A DNA stretch of 64,000 nt from Schizochytrium sp. TIO01 (Eukaryota > Protista > Bigyra: Labyrinthulomycetes). Shown here piece after piece: positions 33,948 to 44,328 of the stretch; the stretch's first letter is position 1, and each line of letters starts with the position of its first letter. The DNA lies in NCBI GenBank assembly GCA_004764695.1, contig SMSO01000032.1, positions 6,294,483 through 6,358,482 of the forward strand, read 5' to 3'. The notes under the pieces were generated by a model, which saw only the letters and a program-made list of their open reading frames with translations, was not told where the DNA came from and did not search any database. A program made the translations under genes and the position numbers.

Positions 33948-36053
33948 ATGGCGGAGCTCCTCAGACAGGACTCAGGCCTAAGGGCCCACGAGACTGCCTC
34001 GATGCAGCGCGACGGACTTGGGACGGGTGCAAGCTCGAGGGACCGCTTAACCCGCGAGGGCGCCAACGCGAGAGATCGCAAGCTTTCTTGGTCCTCGATG
34101 CTTGCGTCTACGCTGATGGGCGATAGAAGTGCAGAGGATTTCGACAGTGACAATGATGGCGTCGACGACGACAATGTGGACAGTGACTTCGAGGATGCTG
34201 AGCAAGATGGAGACAGTGCGTACGGATTTGGAAGCACCCGGCATCGCGTAGCAAGGGCATTTTCATTGTCATCTTACCTGGGCGTGATCAACGTCTTTAG
34301 CACAGCCAACGGCGATGAAGATGCGGACTACTGCGACAGCGAGGGTGGTTTCACGCCGCTTTCGCCCCACACGCCCATCTCGGGAAGGCGTAACTCATGG
34401 GCAGGAAGCTTCTCCCCACTCAGACCTTCAGATGCCACTGATACAGGATTGTCAGCGATGGACTCCCCAAGGCAACTATCAGGAGACAACCCTGCTGGAT
34501 TACGATGTGTTAGCCGCGGCGGGCAACCACACATGCGCCTGAGGCCGCTCGTGCTTCGTGAAGCAGCGCCCGAAATGGGTTCATCAACGCCTCTGTCTTC
34601 GCCGTATTCGTTGCCTCCAGAACAGTGCGGCGAGCAAGAACCTGAGCTGGAGTTCGAACCCCAATCGACTGCCGCAAGCAAACGTGCTCGGTACCTGTGC
34701 AAAATCAATCCGGATGGTAAACCTATGACAAAGGAAGAAGAGCTCGAGGCCATGTACAACAGCTTTGCATCGGGTGAGCAGCTTCCGACGCCGCCCGAGG
34801 CAGAGTTCAAGAAGCCCGCCCCAGTGGCTTGTCCCAAATCGCCCATGAGTACAGATTGCGTCACACCATACACTGCAGAAAATGATGTGGACGTGGACCT
34901 GAACGATAGCAACGAAGACACATTCTCGGTGATTGATGAGGATTGCTGCTTTATATGTATGGCACCTTTCTCCGACGACGATGAGTCAGAACGAATCGAG
35001 CTCCCCTGTGTCCGCGGATGTAATAAAACCCCGGTCCATGCTAAATGTATTTTTGAGTGGCGAGAGCATCGTAACAACTCCAAAGAGGCCTCTGGCACAT
35101 GCCCGTTATGCCGTGGCCCTCTAGGCTACATTAAATATCTTCCACCAGACCCTCTGAACCGCGCTGGGTTCGTAGTCTTTGAGGCTCGCCGTGAGTTTGT
35201 ATTGCACCCAGTGCCACGTGAGCATGGCACACTTCGCTGTTTTGTGCGCGTAACACCCTCTGGGTGGCTGGGAGTAAACTCCTATCAAATGTATATTCAA
35301 GCACCCTGTGCGCTACCTTATCCTCAGGGATCGCTGCCTCTTGCGGAGGGTCCTGTTCAGGGCGACCAACTTTTGATGTGCGCGAAGAAGCGAAATCCTT
35401 TTTTTGGCTCACCTCGAGTTGACATTACACTAGATCGAAATGGTAAAGACTACGATACAAAGGGGCCGAATTATATCGGTCATGTGAACTCGAACTTTAT
35501 CGGCCTAGAACACACTGTTGTACAACCCTACCAAATGGATGACAAACGCACTGGGTATCAGGAGCTTGCTTGCGTCATGTACCAGCAGAACCGTATTGGT
35601 ATGGGTATGGGTCCTCGCAGGATGCGTGTTTGTATACCGGTCACAGAGGAGCATGAAAATTCTGACGAGCCAGCAACAACGGCGATGTACCGACCTTCTC
35701 GCAAGAAGGATAGTCTTGCCTCTCTGTTGCAGAGTTCCACGCCTGATGAGCTTATCTCGAATCAAATCGTGCAATATGGTGAGAATCGGGAGCCTAGCTG
35801 GCTTGAGGCGATCCAAGCGTATTCTCTCGACTTTTACGGGCGCGTTACGCTTCCCTCAAACAAAAATTTTCAGCTCTGCTTACACGATGATCCAGAGGCA
35901 GCCGACACCTGTGTTTTGCAATTTGGCAAGATTGTATCACACGAGAGTAATGACGTAGCAGTGTACACCTTGGACTTTCAATATCCTATGTCACCATTAC
36001 AAGCTTTTGGAATTTGTATTAGCGCTGCTGACCGGAAATTCATGTGTGCTTAA
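33948..36053 (+). CDS. RING-finger (C4HC3-like) plus Tubby C-terminal domain protein
   Basis: 701 aa. RING CFIC..CVRGC..HAKC..W..CPLCR. Tubby motifs YIGHVNSNFIG, ELACVMY, GPRRMRV, NREPSW, YSLDFYGRVTLPSNKNFQL, LQFGK, LDFQYPMSPLQAFGICIS. Confidence 0.9.
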   Translation: MAELLRQDSGLRAHETASMQRDGLGTGASSRDRLTREGANARDRKLSWSSMLASTLMGDRSAEDFDSDNDGVDDDNVDSDFEDAEQDGDSAYGFGSTRHRVARAFSLSSYLGVINVFSTANGDEDADYCDSEGGFTPLSPHTPISGRRNSWAGSFSPLRPSDATDTGLSAMDSPRQLSGDNPAGLRCVSRGGQPHMRLRPLVLREAAPEMGSSTPLSSPYSLPPEQCGEQEPELEFEPQSTAASKRARYLCKINPDGKPMTKEEELEAMYNSFASGEQLPTPPEAEFKKPAPVACPKSPMSTDCVTPYTAENDVDVDLNDSNEDTFSVIDEDCCFICMAPFSDDDESERIELPCVRGCNKTPVHAKCIFEWREHRNNSKEASGTCPLCRGPLGYIKYLPPDPLNRAGFVVFEARREFVLHPVPREHGTLRCFVRVTPSGWLGVNSYQMYIQAPCALPYPQGSLPLAEGPVQGDQLLMCAKKRNPFFGSPRVDITLDRNGKDYDTKGPNYIGHVNSNFIGLEHTVVQPYQMDDKRTGYQELACVMYQQNRIGMGMGPRRMRVCIPVTEEHENSDEPATTAMYRPSRKKDSLASLLQSSTPDELISNQIVQYGENREPSWLEAIQAYSLDFYGRVTLPSNKNFQLCLHDDPEAADTCVLQFGKIVSHESNDVAVYTLDFQYPMSPLQAFGICISAADRKFMCA

Positions 36054-36712
36054 GTTGCAAGTCATAATTTGACTTTCTCTATGGTTCACACAAGTAGTCT
36101 CGTTGCCGGAGTTTAAGCAATTCCGCAATGCCATCGATGTTTCTTGCTTTCCATTTCTGTGTGATTTGACCAAAAGCAATAACATAGAATTAGGTGTCGT
36201 CGTGTTTCAGGTGATGGTGTTTTCGTCGATTTTGAAATGTGTTCTTCTTATATATTCCGCCATTCTTCTCTTCTTTGTGTACGAAATATTATCCCAATTC
36301 TCATCAAATTTCTTAGGGTGAGACATTCCCAAACAACCTTTGTTAAAATTCCAAATCGACTGATTTTGTTAGCATAGTTTACCTCTAGATTCAGGCAGTC
36401 GACCCAAAATTTGCCGTTTAGTTTAATAATGCTTTGCTCCTCCCCCCTCTAGTCTATTGTCTAACCCAAGTACAATAGACATGTGTAGATGTTGGGTAGC
36501 GTGCGTTAATAATGTAGCAATATATAAATATAATATGGCCTTTATTTGATGAACTATCATTTCCTAAACAAAAAGCAAATATTGCTTGTTCTCCAATGTC
36601 ATTTCACCTTCTCTAGCAAATATACCAAAATAGTCTTCAGAAATCAAGACACAAAATAGATCTTATGGATAGAAGGAACACTTGAATAATTCATCTGTTA
36701 CCAAAAAGCATT

Positions 36713-36926
36713 ATTGCGGGAGCACGGGGAGTGGTCATGCTATCAAACAGCAACAAACATCATAGCTAGGAACATGGGGGTGATCATGCTACTTAACAGC
36801 AAGAATCCTTGTTTATAGCGGGGAATGCGGGGAATCATAATACTTCCCAAAACGTGGAGCCCTCTTTATAGCCGGGAAATCGGGGAATCATAATACTAAA
36901 AGGTAGAGCCTTCTTTATAGCGGGAT
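36713..36926. repeat. Degenerate ~50-55 bp minisatellite, four units plus a partial
   Basis: Units start ATAGC/ATTGC, then GGGA..GGGG..TCAT..TA. Units 1-2 share tcatgcta..aacagcaa; units 3-4 share cggggaatcataatact..gagcc..ctttatagc. Confidence 0.85.
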
Positions 36927-37020
36927 CAGTAAATTTGATGGTATTGTATAAATGGGCTGCAGTCCCTCAACCTCAGTATGAAAAGAAAGCAGTTCCCTCT
37001 GTACAATCCTCGCGTCCACG

Positions 37021-37248
37021 ATGCTTAAGCAGGAAGCCACTCAGGTGATATCAGCGCATGAAAAGGTGCAGCAAATGGTTTTTGAAGAAGAAAAGGCTAC
37101 TTGGGTTACCATGGACTGCGAAAACGAAGATGGCCAACAAACCAGGCTGCTGGAACCCTGCAATGAGATGTGCGAAGTATCAAGCGAGACTGACTCAGAT
37201 TTTGAGCTAGGAATAGTGGTGAATCCTACGCAAGACGATTCAAGTTAA
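37021..37248 (+). pseudogene. Small acidic ORF (75 aa) or gene remnant, paralog A
   Basis: MLKQ..AH..QQ..EE..PCNEMCEVSSETDSDFE..VN.TQDD, homologous to 39398-39616. Confidence 0.55.
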
Positions 37249-38058
37249 ACATAAACCAAGGTCTGAACCGAAGGTGTGATATAAAACAAAGTCTATGGGT
37301 TAGTGCAGCTGCCACCACATACGCTTGTTCGTAAACCTTCTGCTACTATGATAAGCTTACGCAAACTTGCTTTAGATCTAAGCAGATTTGTGGAGAATAT
37401 AGCCTGGACATGTCTAATATCCGATTACTATAATACGGGCCTGGACCGAGCAGTAGATTTAAAAGACCAGAAGCTCCTTCTATACCATGAAACTTCACGT
37501 CGCAGTATTTGAGGGTGTCTCAGCTTGTCAGTCCCTTTGCTAATCTTGCCGAGCCCAAGTCTATAATTATATTTGATAACCAAAAGTGCGATTTTGACAC
37601 ATTTCTACGTTTATTAAGATTAGCTAGGCCTATAGCCTAAGCAATAAATGGAACACAATAGAACAATGCTTTGCAACTGTGTACCAATGATGGGAACTAA
37701 TTCATGATGAGAAACTTGTCGGTCAGATCATTAGGTTGGACTGCGATGCTAAAAATCGTCTCTCTTCCAACTTATTAGGTTTGGGCTAGTTGTGAGAGCA
37801 CTGTCAGAGCGACAACTTGCTGCAGTGACAATAATACGTGTCTAATTTCCTAACATATTTTGTAGGAACTATGCTTTGCGCTCTCGAATGATGGCCAAAT
37901 AGCATTGATCGCAGGTAATGTCGAGCACCAGACAGTACATGCCTGAAGAACGTGCGATGCTGTAAGACACTGCTATCATCACTCTCACTAGTCAGAGGCA
38001 CTGAGTTGAGCATAGCAGTTCATTCCCAACTGGAACTGAGCGAAGAACTCGCGCTTAG

Positions 38059-38565
38059 AGCGATTTTGAGTTAGTAGGAAGGTTATACGAATGATGTTCC
38101 GCTCTAAACCAACCATGAGTCAAACATTGTCTTCGAGTTTTTTGCTCATTTGGAAGAGAGCCTTTTGTCAGCATGGCAGTGAAACGTATAGATTGCATAT
38201 CAAAAAGCCCGCCAACACAACGTTTTTGTGAGGAGAAGTAGAATTTACCGCCAAATCTGCGTCTGTTCTCTCTTATGAGCTCTATTGTATTCCCCACGCG
38301 AGTGTTTTTTGAGCATGGTACGGCACACATGCATTCCCTTGACTTGAGATGTTATGACATGAACAGCATATACGGCTCTTTATTCCCTGTATCCCCCTTG
38401 TACCCTGGCGAATTGGTAGTACTGGTGTGCCGAAGACAAGGGCGTACACGTTTTAGGGAACACAGAAATCCCTTGATTTTTCGCCAAGACGCGAGACAGT
38501 TTTCAGAAGACGTTAGCTACATAGAGGGTACTCAACAGTATATCCCAAATATCTCAACTTTTTAA
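38059..38565 (+). pseudogene. Possible decayed protein-kinase N-lobe
   Basis: One frame with 3 internal stops: SDFELVGRL..MAVKRI..RFCEEK..SSIVFPTRVFFEHG..LDL. No clear HRD or DFG. Confidence 0.3.
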
Positions 38566-39397
38566 TGCACCAAAACTAAGTATTTGCTTTGCATTCGGTA
38601 CCACTTTTCCCAAAACTAACTTGTAAGAAATATTCGGAAAATAATTTGTCTTAACTGAAGCAACATCTCCAATACCACTAGTTCTTCAAAGATATAGTCA
38701 TACCGAGGCTCTAGTAGTTAAGGGTTGGTTATGGTTAATAATAAATAACTATTAACACAAGCAAAAAGTGTCCTATATATGTATTCATTTTATTGTTGTT
38801 CTATGAGTAGACATAGTTACAAAACACTGTGTCTTGTAGAGAGATCATATATATATCAGCAGACAACAGGAAAGACTTAGCGATTAGAAGAGTTAGTAAC
38901 TATCCACCAGCCACTGAGAGGCTCTAAAGTGAAATACACCCCATGGGGGTGTAGTATAGGAATAGGGTGGAAGTAAAGTGGTCTATTCTCGTGGCGCAAC
39001 CCAAAATGTTCTGCCTATTTATGAAGCAAAATTGAGCAACATTGAGGTGAATTGACAGAGGCTTCGATCGCGCGCAGTAAACTTCACTTTTCTCGACAGC
39101 CAAAGCTCGTAGCTAGGAGCTGAAAAGTGTGCCGAGAGCGCCTCGGCACGGTGAAGAGTCCTGGAAGGAAGCCTTCTTCCTAAAAGTGTTCTGGCCTAAA
39201 ACTGAAGGACGGGGGAGCAGCATTTGGCGGATAGCGAAGCAGTTGCGAGATAGCGAAGAAGACACTTTAACACGATGAAAAGTGTTAAAGGTGGGGCTTG
39301 TCACTTATGAGTGTTGCATTTGGAGGAGCAAACCCTTAATCTCAGCACCAGAAGAAGCCTATTGTTCCTACTAGGCCTAAAGGTTTTAGGGAATATT

Positions 39398-39616
39398 ATG
39401 CTTAAGCAGAGAACTGTTCAAGACATAGGAGCTCACAGAACTCCTCAGCAAATACCTTCTAAAGAAGAAGCTACAGGCCCGGCTAAGGATGAAGATCAAC
39501 AAATTAAGCTGGATGGGCCCTGCAATGAGATCTGCGAGCTATCAAGTGAACGTGATTCAGATTTTGATCCAGAAATTACTGTAAATATTACTCAAGACGA
39601 TTTAATGCCAACATAG
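39398..39616 (+). pseudogene. Small acidic ORF (72 aa) or gene remnant, paralog B
   Basis: ATG at 39398. MLKQ..AH..QQ..EE..PCNEICELSSERDSDFD..VN.TQDD, homologous to 37021-37248. Confidence 0.55.
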
Positions 39617-39829
39617 AAGACCGAAGAAGATGATATCATGGCTTACGGAAAAGCGTAATTATCGCCACGTACACTTGCTGAAAATTCTATAAGCATTATA
39701 TAATACGTGAACGCAACTTATTTTTATTTTTATGTCATCAACACGTCCACAGCCCCAGTGCGCCTTTGCGAACCTGTATCAGGTTGCTTTCTTACATTCT
39801 GACGAAAAATGCCTACATCAGTTGCCCGA

Positions 39830-41572
39830 CTATAAACTCATGTACTTCAATGAGTCGTGAGCCAACTCTTCATCGTTATTGTCGTCATGGTGATCAGTTT
39901 TATTCGAACTACTATTGGTCCTCTCAAATACTTTGACGTGATCCTTGTTTGCGTCCGATATCAATACAGGGCCAGTTTGATCTGTTTTTTTGGTTGTAGC
40001 TGATGGGTCGGCCGATACATTGGCCTTCTGTTGATCTTGTGCTTGTTGTTCTTGCTGATGTTCCTGTTGTTTCTGTTGTTGTTTCTCAACTCTAGTTGAA
40101 CTTGAGGAACGGGAGAAAAACGAAAACATGGATTTTCCACCACCGCCTTTGGAAGATGGGGTAGCGTCACTATCCTTGCCCGGAGCTCCGACGGAAGCAG
40201 CAGCACCATTTGCAACCGAGGCAGACCCAGCGCGACTTGTACGTCCCGCCATACGAGCCTCGGTTTTGCGAATTTCCTTGTATTTCATCTCTTCCTCGGC
40301 ACGAACGGCTTGAACGAGGGCTTCCATAGCCTGGCGTTGGTCCAAAATGAGCTGGTCGATGTCTTCTTGAGCCTTGCGTTGTTCCTCAATCCGAATTTTC
40401 TCGCTCTCAGCCTTGAGCATCGCTGCAGTTTTGCCGTCGAGGGCAGCGATGCGCTGCGATTCTTGAAGTTTAAACTGGTTCGCCTGCTCTTTGATGCGCT
40501 CTTCAAGCTGTTTGACCTTATCTTGTGAATCCTTAAGCTGCTTCTTACTGCTGCGTAAATCATGTTGTGTCATTTCGAGTTCTTCCTCAATTTCTGCGTA
40601 GGCAACTTTGCGAGATTCTTCCGTTTCGCGATACCGCTCTTCGAGTTCTGCACGCCGGGCCTCATCTCCGGACGTGGCGCGTGAGAGTTCTTGTTCGGAA
40701 GCTTTGAGTGCATCCTCAAGTTCCTTCACACGCATTGAAGCTTTGTGTGCTTGGTTGGATTTTTCTCGCAACTCCTGTTCGAGGTTTTCGCTCTTAGCCT
40801 TGTACTCTTCGAGCTCACTTTGCACTATAGACATACCAGTGAACTCCACAAGTTGTTTCTCGAGAGACTCTTTCTGCTTCTGCATGGCTTTGAGCTGCTT
40901 TTCAAGATCAACCGTCATTTGCTTGTTGCTCTCTGTGCGTGTAGCCTCTTGTTTCGCTAGCTTTTTAAGTTCCTCCTCTTGGGCCTTTGCTTTGCCTTCC
41001 CAGTACTCCATCTGTTCGAAAAAGTATTTCTTATCTTTGTCAAATTCCGTATTTTTGTTTGAAAGAGAGGATTCAAGCTTATTATTGGTAGACTCCAAGT
41101 CGCTCAGTTTGAGCGCTGCCTCGCCAAGCTCATCTCTAGCCTGGTCAGCGCGCGCTGTTACCTCCTCAAGACGTGCCTTGATCTCCTTTTCTTCAATACG
41201 AACCTTGCGCAGCACACTAGCCTGCTCCGCGAGATTTTCGCGTGCTGTGTTGAGCTCCTGCTTGGTTTTTTTCAGTTCTTCGTTTTTCCTACGCAACTGA
41301 TCTTCCAGCTCCTCTACTTGTGCAGCCATTTTAACTGCCAGATTCATGGATGTTCGCTGGGCTGTGCTCTCGATTTTGGATTCTACTTTTTCAGTGCCTG
41401 AAGAACTCAAGTTGCTGTTACTTGTGCCGACGCTAATGTTGGGACTCGGGCTGCTGGACCGCACCGGGGCGGCTGGGTTCAATGCGGGCACATTCTGTGA
41501 GGGCGGTGGGTTTCCCAGGTTGCCGCTGTTGCTGCGTTCCTTGCCCTTCTCCTTTTTCTTAAACATCTTCAT
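39830..41572 (-). CDS. Long coiled-coil protein, function unknown
   Basis: 580-aa ATG-started ORF with ~360 aa of E/K/L/Q-rich heptads between low-complexity termini. Confidence 0.88.
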   Translation of the reverse strand: MKMFKKKEKGKERSNSGNLGNPPPSQNVPALNPAAPVRSSSPSPNISVGTSNSNLSSSGTEKVESKIESTAQRTSMNLAVKMAAQVEELEDQLRRKNEELKKTKQELNTARENLAEQASVLRKVRIEEKEIKARLEEVTARADQARDELGEAALKLSDLESTNNKLESSLSNKNTEFDKDKKYFFEQMEYWEGKAKAQEEELKKLAKQEATRTESNKQMTVDLEKQLKAMQKQKESLEKQLVEFTGMSIVQSELEEYKAKSENLEQELREKSNQAHKASMRVKELEDALKASEQELSRATSGDEARRAELEERYRETEESRKVAYAEIEEELEMTQHDLRSSKKQLKDSQDKVKQLEERIKEQANQFKLQESQRIAALDGKTAAMLKAESEKIRIEEQRKAQEDIDQLILDQRQAMEALVQAVRAEEEMKYKEIRKTEARMAGRTSRAGSASVANGAAASVGAPGKDSDATPSSKGGGGKSMFSFFSRSSSSTRVEKQQQKQQEHQQEQQAQDQQKANVSADPSATTKKTDQTGPVLISDANKDHVKVFERTNSSSNKTDHHDDNNDEELAHDSLKYMSL

Positions 41573-42850
41573 CTTAGAGGCTTGTAAGTGTGGCTGTTGT
41601 CAATCGCTAGGCAATTCCCACTCCCTTTTTACTCTTTAGCAATAAAGTCTATAATCTTTGCAAGTCGTCTCTAATAATTTTTGGGAAGAGCCTCTGCCTA
41701 AAATTTGTCTGATCAACAAATCTTTGTATCGAGCAATAACAACAACAGATCAGAGTTTCACTTTATTAGCACAACGGAATCTGTTGTCGGCCTTCTTTTC
41801 GAGGATCCTCAGCTTTCGAGAAATAAGTTGTCCCACAGAAATCTTCGGATACCTGATTCCTATCACTAGTCACCACTACTACGTCACGACGACGAGCCTC
41901 TCAAGGTAAGAGCAAAGCAGCAAAATCGTCGTCAAAGAAATACGAGATCTTCTCGTATGACTACTTGTGCTTGTTCACCTCAGGCTGTCAGACTATTGTT
42001 CGATCAAGTGTTGCCCTTGTCAAATAGGACCGAGATATTCCGGTACGAAGCGAGTCTCAGCTTTGCAGCGAGTAAGATCTTGTGACAATCTATGAGATTA
42101 AGCAAGGTTCCTAATTTTCTGATTTGTCCCACCACGGTCTTGATAATCTTTATGGAAAACAACAGATGACCGATATCACACTCCAAGGTTTGGGCGGGTC
42201 GAGGTCCAAGGCGATAAAATGTTCTGACCTTTCTTTGCCTCAATGCCCCCACTTGGATCTCTGTTCCTTCAAAGATTCAGGGGATTAGAGTCTGTTTTCT
42301 TAGGCTATAGCCGCTCCACCGACAACGCTAACGAGGCCGTTCTCGCCACAGAATCGACAAATCTGCACGAAGTTAAAGCAGCCTCGCCCTACAGATCAGT
42401 CACACCTGCGTAGCGCCTTCGCTAGGCAGTCGCGCGGTGGGCCGCAGAAGCAGGATGCCAACTGCAAGATCGCTACGACCCTTGCGATAGGTCGCGGTCG
42501 TACTCCTGATATTCGGAAATGAAGTGGAATTAGTTTGGGATTTTAGGCCTTTTAGAACCTTATTTTCTTGTATACTATAAAGTCGATCAAGCAACCCAAG
42601 GGGCAGCAGAATAGACCACTTTATTGAAAACTATAATAAATCTGGTAGGAATAAAATCTCGATAAGGGAGGTAACATATGCCTGAGCTTATGAACTTATG
42701 GATTGCTGAGCTGCTAGTGTCTTATTTCTTCAAGAATACAATTACTTTCCAAAGCTTTAACTTGAGAATATAATCCCATCCTTGTCATGCTCTAGTCAGA
42801 TTTTTTTGAGTTTAAGAAGGGTTATATTTCAGGCTAAAGTCCAAAAGCGT

Positions 42851-43357
42851 CCTTTTGGGGTTTACTTTTTAAAACATCCATTAATCCTCTTTGGGGAAAG
42901 CGTTCTGCTTAAGAAGTTCATGTGTAATGCGGAAAGCAACTGAAAGATACTTTGAGTATGCTTCTTATTCTTGGCAGACCACTGAATGTCTCTGATAAAA
43001 TCCTCATTGATCTATATCCTCCAAAGCATATTCTACTGAACAGAGGATATCAAAAGACAAGTTTATAAAATTCTTTGACCCTGGGGAACAATATATTTGA
43101 AAGGTTAACTCCTTCTTGAGCTTCAATTCCACGCCAGCTTCATTGACAACCACAGTTCTAAACCCTGTCACAGGGATCGTTTATTTGAAAATATTGGATA
43201 CATATCGTTGAAGCGAGATTTAGGGCCTCTGTGCGTGTGACAATTTTGTTATAACTACAATAACTATATGCAGCGAGATTGCTATAAAGCACGATGCTGC
43301 ATCTTGTACAATAAATATGATTTTTTCGCTTAAGCAATATGCGATGAATTTTCATAG
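42851..43357 (+). pseudogene. Decayed Ser/Thr protein kinase (CMGC-like), nearly whole domain in one frame
   Basis: PFGVY..GESVLLKKF..LADH..IYIL..NHSSKPCHRDRLFENI (HRD at 43169-43177, exact HRDxxxEN spacing)..LKRDLG..YMQRD..KYDFFA*AI, with 8 internal stops. Confidence 0.65.
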
Positions 43358-44328
43358 CACCAGTCATTGATATAATGAATTTGTTTGGTCAATCAGACAT
43401 ACCTATGGAAACAAATGAATTAACAAAAGCTGCTGCCATAAGTATGTCTTTCTAATAGCAACGTAATTCATTCAAGGTAGCAGCGAATATTTACTATAAT
43501 TATTTAGAAGAACCGCACGTATCATAATATACAACTCCTCCACCTCATTTCGGGTATCACTGCGCTTGTTCTATCTAAGGATCCCTTCTCCTCTTCTGAC
43601 TCCTTAGAGTCGAACTCTGTCTCTTCTATGTAAAAAAAATACATAATCATTACCAGGAACTTGAGAAGAAACCGGTCTTTGGTTATTTTTAAGCTTGCAT
43701 GTATTTCGCTAGAGTACAATTGAGGTCAAAAGAGGAGATCATATGGGAGAAACATCAACAAGGCACAGCGGAATTTACGCATTATCCCTTGAAGTTCCTT
43801 ATACAAAGATAAGCGTAAACAGATCTGCTTGAAGAAAAGAAGAATTGATAAACAGGCCAAGAACAATAGCCGTTGGTTCAATGAGCTCACGATCTCTAAG
43901 ATGTTTGCGGCTTCTACGTCAGGCTTCTTCGTCTAAGTTCGGTGCAATTGCTGGGACCTTGAGCTCAATGGGCGATAAACTCTTCAAATCCTTAATATCA
44001 ACAATTTGTAAAATAAACACTAATGGTCCCACATTGATTAATTCAGTCCGTCTACGCCCCAGCTTTGGCAAAGCTTGCGGTTCGCGCTGCCAAGACCTCT
44101 CATATCTACACATTTCATCACGTTTCATCCCCATTTTAATTCCTCGGCCTCACCAGACCAATTCAATGACAGTTAAAGCGTGCCCTTCTTTGACCTCAAA
44201 GAGATACTTAAGGACGTGCAAATAGACATCTGCACTTCAGCTCACGCTATCTCTCCTCGGCTTCCTAGGTCTTGTGCGGCGGCCCTCTTGCTCAGGCTCC
44301 TCTAGGACTCCAAAGCGTCCTCGGCGCC

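Noticed and set aside
34328-35098. 256-aa minus-strand ORF
   Set aside because: Antisense to the RING-Tubby gene, with Ser-rich composition typical of a shadow ORF.
36713-36926. CRISPR-like repeat/spacer appearance
   Set aside because: The repeats are degenerate, the intervening parts are homologous to each other, there are no cas genes, and the context is eukaryotic. It is a minisatellite.
40608-41300. 230-aa Ser-rich ORF on + strand
   Set aside because: Antisense shadow of the Glu/Lys-rich coiled-coil gene.
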